Source of the DNA: a virus
Lineage: Duplodnaviria; Caudoviricetes
Length of the DNA: 55,277 nt
Direction: 5' to 3' (one strand)
IMG/VR virus record: IMGVR_UViG_3300024999_000132
Location: 1-55,277 of that record
The first letter of the stretch is position 1. The number at the start of each line of letters is the position of its first letter. The notes under the pieces were generated by a model. That model saw nothing but the letters and a program-made list of their open reading frames with translations. It made no database searches and was not told the origin of the DNA. Positions 49,787-55,277 of the stretch are shown in pieces. The position numbers and the translations under genes are program-made.

Positions 49787-50275
49787 ATGGCAATTGATAT
49801 GAATAGTAGGTCAAAGGTACAAAACTTATGTGATTGGAATGTTTCATGGGAGAGGTTTTCCATGGACGGAGATGAATTCATAAAAGCAAATCAGACAGTA
49901 TATATTCCAAATATGGAGATTGAAACACAGGTGCAAAACAACAATCTCTTCTTTTCCGGAAATGACAATATTGGATCGCACGCGAGAGTTTATATTCACA
50001 ATCCAGAAATGAGAGAACACCTTGGTTTCGATAACAAAGAAGAAAAAAGAACTCAACTAATTCTAAGTGATGAAAAATGTAAAGAAATATTTGATTATAA
50101 AACATTTAGCACTTTCAAAAAACATGTAAATGAAAATATTATTACAAATCAAGAAAAATCAAAAATAGTTAATTATGCTAAGAAAATGAAGATAAATGAT
50201 TATGACAAGATTCAGTATTTAACCGAGTACACAGGTCTTTCATTCAAAACTGACAAAACAGATGATAAAGAATAA
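49787..50275 (+). CDS. head-module hypothetical protein
   Basis: 162 aa, GGAG RBS, post-capsid position. Confidence 0.7.
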   Translation: MAIDMNSRSKVQNLCDWNVSWERFSMDGDEFIKANQTVYIPNMEIETQVQNNNLFFSGNDNIGSHARVYIHNPEMREHLGFDNKEEKRTQLILSDEKCKEIFDYKTFSTFKKHVNENIITNQEKSKIVNYAKKMKINDYDKIQYLTEYTGLSFKTDKTDDKE

Positions 50276-50304
50276 ATATAATAAATCATTGGAGGTGATA
50301 TAGT

Positions 50305-50988
50305 TTGGGAACTTTACTCCAAAAAATATATGATAAATTTTTCATAAAGGTATCTGATGTGGATTTCACTTACAAACAAGATTTAGTTTTTGAGTTTTTT
50401 GAAACTGCCATAGGGTACAGTTACAAAACTACACCACATGATTTAAGCTATACTTTGTATTCTGATAATGCAGTTTTGATAGTTTATGATGTAATAGAAA
50501 ATAGTGGTGATATAACTATTCAAATCAACTCTGATACATATACAATTGCTTTATTAAATACTGATACAAAATTGCAAATAGCAACAAAAATAAAGTCTGC
50601 TATTGAATTAAATTATACAGTAGTATTAGATGATATTGAAAATCCAATGTTAACAATCACTAAATCACTTACAGATAATATCACATTAACATTTACTGAT
50701 ACAGATAATACTAATTTAAATCTAATCATAAGTAAAACATATGATGGAATAATGCTTAATGACTTAGATATAGATGAGATTGAATTAATTTCATTAAATA
50801 TGAAAAAAGCATATTTAGATTATTTATTAAAACCATTATCTCGATTAAAAAAGCAAATTGGAACTAAAGATTTTAATCGTTTAGAAAGTAAAGTAGAAGA
50901 ATTAAAAGTTTATTCATTAATGTTAAGTAATTTAAAGGAAGAGATTAAAGATTTTAGACAAGAATTTAATTCTTATTCAAATTCTTAA
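50305..50988 (+). CDS. putative head-tail adaptor
   Basis: MGTLLQKIYDKF start, LDIDEIELI..M, GTKDF; position. Confidence 0.55.
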   Translation: MGTLLQKIYDKFFIKVSDVDFTYKQDLVFEFFETAIGYSYKTTPHDLSYTLYSDNAVLIVYDVIENSGDITIQINSDTYTIALLNTDTKLQIATKIKSAIELNYTVVLDDIENPMLTITKSLTDNITLTFTDTDNTNLNLIISKTYDGIMLNDLDIDEIELISLNMKKAYLDYLLKPLSRLKKQIGTKDFNRLESKVEELKVYSLMLSNLKEEIKDFRQEFNSYSNS

Positions 50989-51003
50989 TTAAGTTGGTGG
51001 AAA

Positions 51004-51240
51004 ATGAATAATAATATCAATAATATCAATAATAAGAAAATTCTTATTAAAACTCCAAATTGCGAAATGAGCTTAGAAGACTTATGTAAGAAAGAATATT
51101 TAAAAATAAACAATCTTATGCATATGATTGAGAAACAATTTGATATTTCTTTGCATGATTATCCTGAACTTAGAGGAGAAATCTTAAATATAAGCAATTT
51201 TATTAAGAGGATACCTTATTTACAGAGGGAGATTATGTAA
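51004..51240 (+). CDS. hypothetical protein
   Basis: 78 aa in the structural operon. Confidence 0.6.
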   Translation: MNNNINNINNKKILIKTPNCEMSLEDLCKKEYLKINNLMHMIEKQFDISLHDYPELRGEILNISNFIKRIPYLQREIM

Positions 51241-51302
51241 TTAAATAATATAAGTCATAATGATAAAAATCATAACAAATCAAGAAAAAGGAGGAAAGAA
51301 AA

Positions 51303-52109
51303 ATGGGATATAGTGATTCTGAATTTAGTAGAATATCTCAAAGTGAAGAAGCAACTATAGATGGCGTAACTGCTGGAACAGTATCAGCTTCAAAAGCAAT
51401 TGTTGCAGGGGCAAATAAAAATGTTGATGTGTTGGCAATTGCAGATTTAAAATTGGGAGCAGGAGCAGGAACTTCTGTAACTGCAACTGCTACACAAATT
51501 AATTCTTTGATTAATTTTCCTGGAACTATGTCAACAGCAGTAATTGATTTTAATGCGACTGGTGAACCTGCAATGAAAGTTACTATTAATGATGTTGATT
51601 ATCAAGAAGCAGATGTAGCTGTAGTAACAACTGGTGTCTGGACTAATGGTGCAAGTGCCGCAAACTCTGCTACAAGTTTGGTTGCTGCAATTAATGGTGA
51701 CACAAGAGCAACAGTTCCTTTTACAGCATTTTTATCTGCTGATGGTGCAAGTGTCGTACTAGCATGGGATGCAATTGGGACTGTTGGGAATGTTACTATT
51801 TCTACAACAAGTGCAGCGAATTGTACTGTGGAAAATTCAGTTGGGGGAACTGCCTCTGGTATAAAACAAATGGTTGTTGTAGATCGCATTGTTACTGCAC
51901 AAGATGTATTAGCACTTGAAACTAATATACCTTTGCCATTTGTGCCAACTAAAATATTAGTTAATTATTTTGATGCAGATGGAATTTTGCTTGGTACGAT
52001 TACAGATAAGGCATCCATCCAAGCAAATCCAAATCGTGTTCGTGTACTACAAGCTGGTGCAACTCATTTGGCTGCTACTAATGTAATTCAGGTAATGGCT
52101 GTAGAATAG
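51303..52109 (+). CDS. Ala/Thr/Val-rich virion structural protein (fibre/decoration-like)
   Basis: 268 aa, strong RBS, composition. Confidence 0.6.
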   Translation: MGYSDSEFSRISQSEEATIDGVTAGTVSASKAIVAGANKNVDVLAIADLKLGAGAGTSVTATATQINSLINFPGTMSTAVIDFNATGEPAMKVTINDVDYQEADVAVVTTGVWTNGASAANSATSLVAAINGDTRATVPFTAFLSADGASVVLAWDAIGTVGNVTISTTSAANCTVENSVGGTASGIKQMVVVDRIVTAQDVLALETNIPLPFVPTKILVNYFDADGILLGTITDKASIQANPNRVRVLQAGATHLAATNVIQVMAVE

Positions 52110-52218
52110 TAGAATAATGGTTAATTATTAGGGTTCGAAACTTAATAATTGTAATTAAAAGACATGTGCCTATACACATGTCTTTTCCCATTGGATAGTC
52201 TCTAATATAGGAAGGAGA

Positions 52219-53376
52219 TTGATTAAAATTAGTATTAAACTTACTTATATAGAAGTCAAAAAATATATTGAGAATTTAGGATATAAATTAATTAGCAAAG
52301 AATACATTAATAACAGAGAGAAATTAATTATTAAAGACAAATATGGTTATTATTACACAATTAAACTAAATAATTTAAAAGCAGGATATTTTCCATCTAT
52401 TGTAGAAAAAAGAAATCCTTATGCAATTCAAAATATAAAGTTATGGTGTAAAATTAATCAAAAGCCTTTTGAATTAATAAGTGAAATATATGAAGAAAAA
52501 GACAAAAAATTACAATGGAAATGTCTTAAAGAAGAATGTGGTGAAATATTTAAATCTAGTTGGAATGGAATTAGAAATAATTACGGTTGTGGATTTTGCG
52601 ATGGTAAACAGGTGGGTTTATCAAATTGTCTTGCAACTAAAAATCCTGAGTTAGCATTTGAATGGCATCCCACTAAGAATGGTGATCTGACTCCTTTTGA
52701 TGTTACACCTGGAAGTGATAAAAAGGTATGGTGGATATGCGAAAAAGGACACGAATGGCAAGCAGTAATTGCTAGTAGAAATCATAATGGAAGATATTGT
52801 CCTTATTGCACTCATAATTTACCGTCTGAAGATTATAATCTACTAATAATAAATCCTAAACTTTGTGAAGAGTGGAATTATAATAGAAATGATAAATTTC
52901 CACACGAATATTGCCCAAATAGCAATAAAAAAGCTTGGTGGAAGTGCTATAAAGGTAATCATGAATGGGAAGCAACAATTAATAGTAGGAATAATGGTAA
53001 TGGTTGTCCAGAATGCAATGAATCAAAAGGTGAAAAACAATTGGATTACATATTGTCCAAATATAATTTTCCTCATAGTTCTCAATATACTTTTGATGAT
53101 TTAAGAGGTATTGGCGGTGGTCTATTAAAATTTGATGTTCCTATATTTTGGGATGAAGAAAAAACTCAATTAAGACTGCTGATTGAATATGATGGTAGAC
53201 AACATTATGAATGGATTGAAGGTTGGATTACTAAAGATGGGTTTGAAACATTACAAATTCATGATGAGCGAAAAAATGTATATTGTGAAAATAATAATAT
53301 AAAATTAATTAGAATACCATATTGGCATTTTAATAATATTGAAGAAATATTAAATAGAGAGTTAAATATTATTTAA
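52219..53376 (+). CDS. free-standing putative endonuclease (DUF4379-like Zn ribbons + PD-(D/E)xK domain)
   Basis: EWHPTKNG..KVWWIC..GHEW..CPYC repeats; SKGE, LKFD, LIEYDGRQH, LIRIPYW. Confidence 0.8.
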   Translation: MIKISIKLTYIEVKKYIENLGYKLISKEYINNREKLIIKDKYGYYYTIKLNNLKAGYFPSIVEKRNPYAIQNIKLWCKINQKPFELISEIYEEKDKKLQWKCLKEECGEIFKSSWNGIRNNYGCGFCDGKQVGLSNCLATKNPELAFEWHPTKNGDLTPFDVTPGSDKKVWWICEKGHEWQAVIASRNHNGRYCPYCTHNLPSEDYNLLIINPKLCEEWNYNRNDKFPHEYCPNSNKKAWWKCYKGNHEWEATINSRNNGNGCPECNESKGEKQLDYILSKYNFPHSSQYTFDDLRGIGGGLLKFDVPIFWDEEKTQLRLLIEYDGRQHYEWIEGWITKDGFETLQIHDERKNVYCENNNIKLIRIPYWHFNNIEEILNRELNII

Positions 53377-53429
53377 TGTTATTAAATATATTATAACAAA
53401 TAAAAATAATTAAGAGGAGTGATTTAATA

Positions 53430-53708
53430 ATGGCAACAAACTTCATCGGTAGATCGCTAGTAGCGAACATATTGGAACAAAATGTTACTTTGGATATGTC
53501 TTTTATTAATCTTATTGTAAATGATAGCACTTCAACAGTTACTTTATCCTTTGATGTGGCAAGTGCAAGTGCATCAGGAAACTTAATGGTTTTAAAAGCA
53601 GGAGAATCTAGAAAAAATATTGCAGTACCTTTTGGTAAATTGTATTACAAAGCTGCTGCAGATACTTCAGCATTAAGGATTGAAGGATTAGCAAAAGCAG
53701 AATTCTAA
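53430..53708 (+). CDS. small virion protein
   Basis: 92 aa, GAGGAG RBS. Confidence 0.6.
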   Translation: MATNFIGRSLVANILEQNVTLDMSFINLIVNDSTSTVTLSFDVASASASGNLMVLKAGESRKNIAVPFGKLYYKAAADTSALRIEGLAKAEF

Positions 53709-53786
53709 TATTATTAAAACAAATATAATGTAATTTGAGTAGAGAGTTATATAATTAATTCTCTACTCTATATAAGGTTGTGAAAT

Positions 53787-54965
53787 ATGGATGTAAGAAA
53801 AAAATGGATAAGTAGTGACTCAAATTATTCTTCTAAAGAAGAAATTGTATCAGACGTAAAAGAAAATTTTGATATTCGTAGATATTATAGTGCAGAAGGT
53901 TTCAGTACAATAATTGACAATATTACAACACAAGTAATAATTCAATCACATTTAAACCCATTAAATGAAGGAAAATATGATAAGAAAATTCATATGCCTG
54001 TAGATACAATAGTCAATACTGGATCAATAGTAGAATGGGAAGGTAGTAAGTGGATTATAGTAAGCAATATTGATAATTTACAAGCATATAAAACTGCAAG
54101 CATGATTAAATGCAACAACAACACCCTTCAATTCTACGACTCAACCTCAACTTTCCACTCTATCCCCTGCATAATCTCAAAAGGTTCAATCAGTCTAGAT
54201 GAACAAAAAATAATATCAACATTAGATTCAGAAATTGCCGTTCAAATAAGCGATACATCTATCACAAGACAAATTCCAATGAGTTATGTGTTTAAAATTG
54301 GATTGAGGAATTATACCGTTACGGACATTAATGATATTACTGTAAATGGTTTATTGTTGATAAAGATGGTATATAGCGAAGTTGAACAAGTATTTCCATC
54401 ATATTCTCTTACTATCTTAAATGGAGATTCAATTCAAGCAGACATTAATACTCCTGTACAATTAAATATTCAAGTAAAAGACAGAGAAACAATAATTACA
54501 TCTCCTTTGCTTGTTTTTACATCAAGTAATAATCTAATTGCTACTGTATCAACTACAGGATTAGTAAGTTTCTTATCTGTAGGAAATGTAATGATTAGTT
54601 GCAAATTGGATAATGATAATTTGATTCAGGATAGTATTGGAATTGAAGTAGTTGAGGAAGAAAAGCATAATTATACTGCAGTAATTAATAATGGAAGCAT
54701 TTCGATAATTAAAACTTACTCTTCTACTTATACTTGTACATTCAAGGATAATGGAATTGCAATAAGTGATTCTTCTGTTTTCTATTTGACTGGTGATGAT
54801 GGAGTTTCGGCTACTGGTTTGGCGAGTATTGTTAGTCAAGATAGTGTTGGGAACAGTTGTGTTGTTAAGGGATTGAATTTGGGGTATGTTAGGTTATTCT
54901 GTAAAAATGTTGGAGAGACAGTAGTTAGTAGTGGATTTAGGATTCAGATTAAGAGTTTGTTTTAG
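53787..54965 (+). CDS. head-closure/neck protein with Ig-like (Big_2) domains
   Basis: GSIVEWEGSKWII; FTSSNNLIATVSTTGLVS Ig-like motif. Confidence 0.65.
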   Translation: MDVRKKWISSDSNYSSKEEIVSDVKENFDIRRYYSAEGFSTIIDNITTQVIIQSHLNPLNEGKYDKKIHMPVDTIVNTGSIVEWEGSKWIIVSNIDNLQAYKTASMIKCNNNTLQFYDSTSTFHSIPCIISKGSISLDEQKIISTLDSEIAVQISDTSITRQIPMSYVFKIGLRNYTVTDINDITVNGLLLIKMVYSEVEQVFPSYSLTILNGDSIQADINTPVQLNIQVKDRETIITSPLLVFTSSNNLIATVSTTGLVSFLSVGNVMISCKLDNDNLIQDSIGIEVVEEEKHNYTAVINNGSISIIKTYSSTYTCTFKDNGIAISDSSVFYLTGDDGVSATGLASIVSQDSVGNSCVVKGLNLGYVRLFCKNVGETVVSSGFRIQIKSLF

Positions 54966-54976
54966 GGTGGTGAAAA

Positions 54977-55276
54977 ATGAGTAGATTTAGTGAACTTGGT
55001 ACAAATAAATTTACAATATTAATGAAATTAATTGAAAATGAAGAATTAGTTAAATGTTTAATAAATAATCAGCCTAATTTCTTAGATAATCCTTTGCCGG
55101 AAGGTTTTGATCCAAGTTCCTGCATTTATGATTCCATATATCCATACAAATACATACCAACAATTCAAACAGAACCAAAAACATTCATAACTATGTCATT
55201 TAGTTATAAACCAGATGGAAGTAAATTTAAAAATGCATCTGTTCGTTTCTATATAATGTGCCATAATTCATTATTA
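54977..55276 (+). CDS. neck/tail-completion protein, truncated by the window end
   Basis: GGTGGTG RBS, ATG 54977, MSRFSELGTNKFTILMKLIENEELVKCL open to the end. Confidence 0.6.
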   Translation, partial: MSRFSELGTNKFTILMKLIENEELVKCLINNQPNFLDNPLPEGFDPSSCIYDSIYPYKYIPTIQTEPKTFITMSFSYKPDGSKFKNASVRFYIMCHNSLL

Positions 55277-55277
55277 A

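Overview
A 55-kb AT-rich segment of a large SPbeta-like phage or prophage of a low-GC Firmicute. Order: leftward accessory genes (class II glutamine amidotransferase, Zn-finger amidoligase); a ~2-kb non-coding divergence region; rightward early genes behind sigma-A promoters (HNH/AP2 nuclease, Rep-like protein, UvrD-like helicase, DUF4942-type methyltransferase, CoiA-like protein); a YonO-like single-subunit RNA polymerase; an RNA-rich island at ~24.9-30.8 kb (three tRNA genes, at least three large structured non-coding segments, PIN-PhoH, HU); a P4/D5-type helicase with iterons, phosphoesterase, ClpP-like protease and Rha fusion; then the packaging/head module (TerS-like, frameshifted TerL, portal, protease/scaffold, major capsid protein split by a group I intron, neck genes) with four free-standing endonuclease genes interspersed. 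Best candidates for something undescribed: (1) a coiled-coil protein gene followed by a ~420-nt closed RNA presenting an unpaired array of ~7-nt repeats; (2) a large pseudoknotted ncRNA next to a tRNA; (3) a leader shared by four endonuclease genes in which a hairpin loop is complementary to sequence at or near the gene's own RBS; (4) a capsid intron that needs a non-canonical splice site to restore the frame. All calls come from reading motifs and base-pairing by eye; no searches or folding programs were run.
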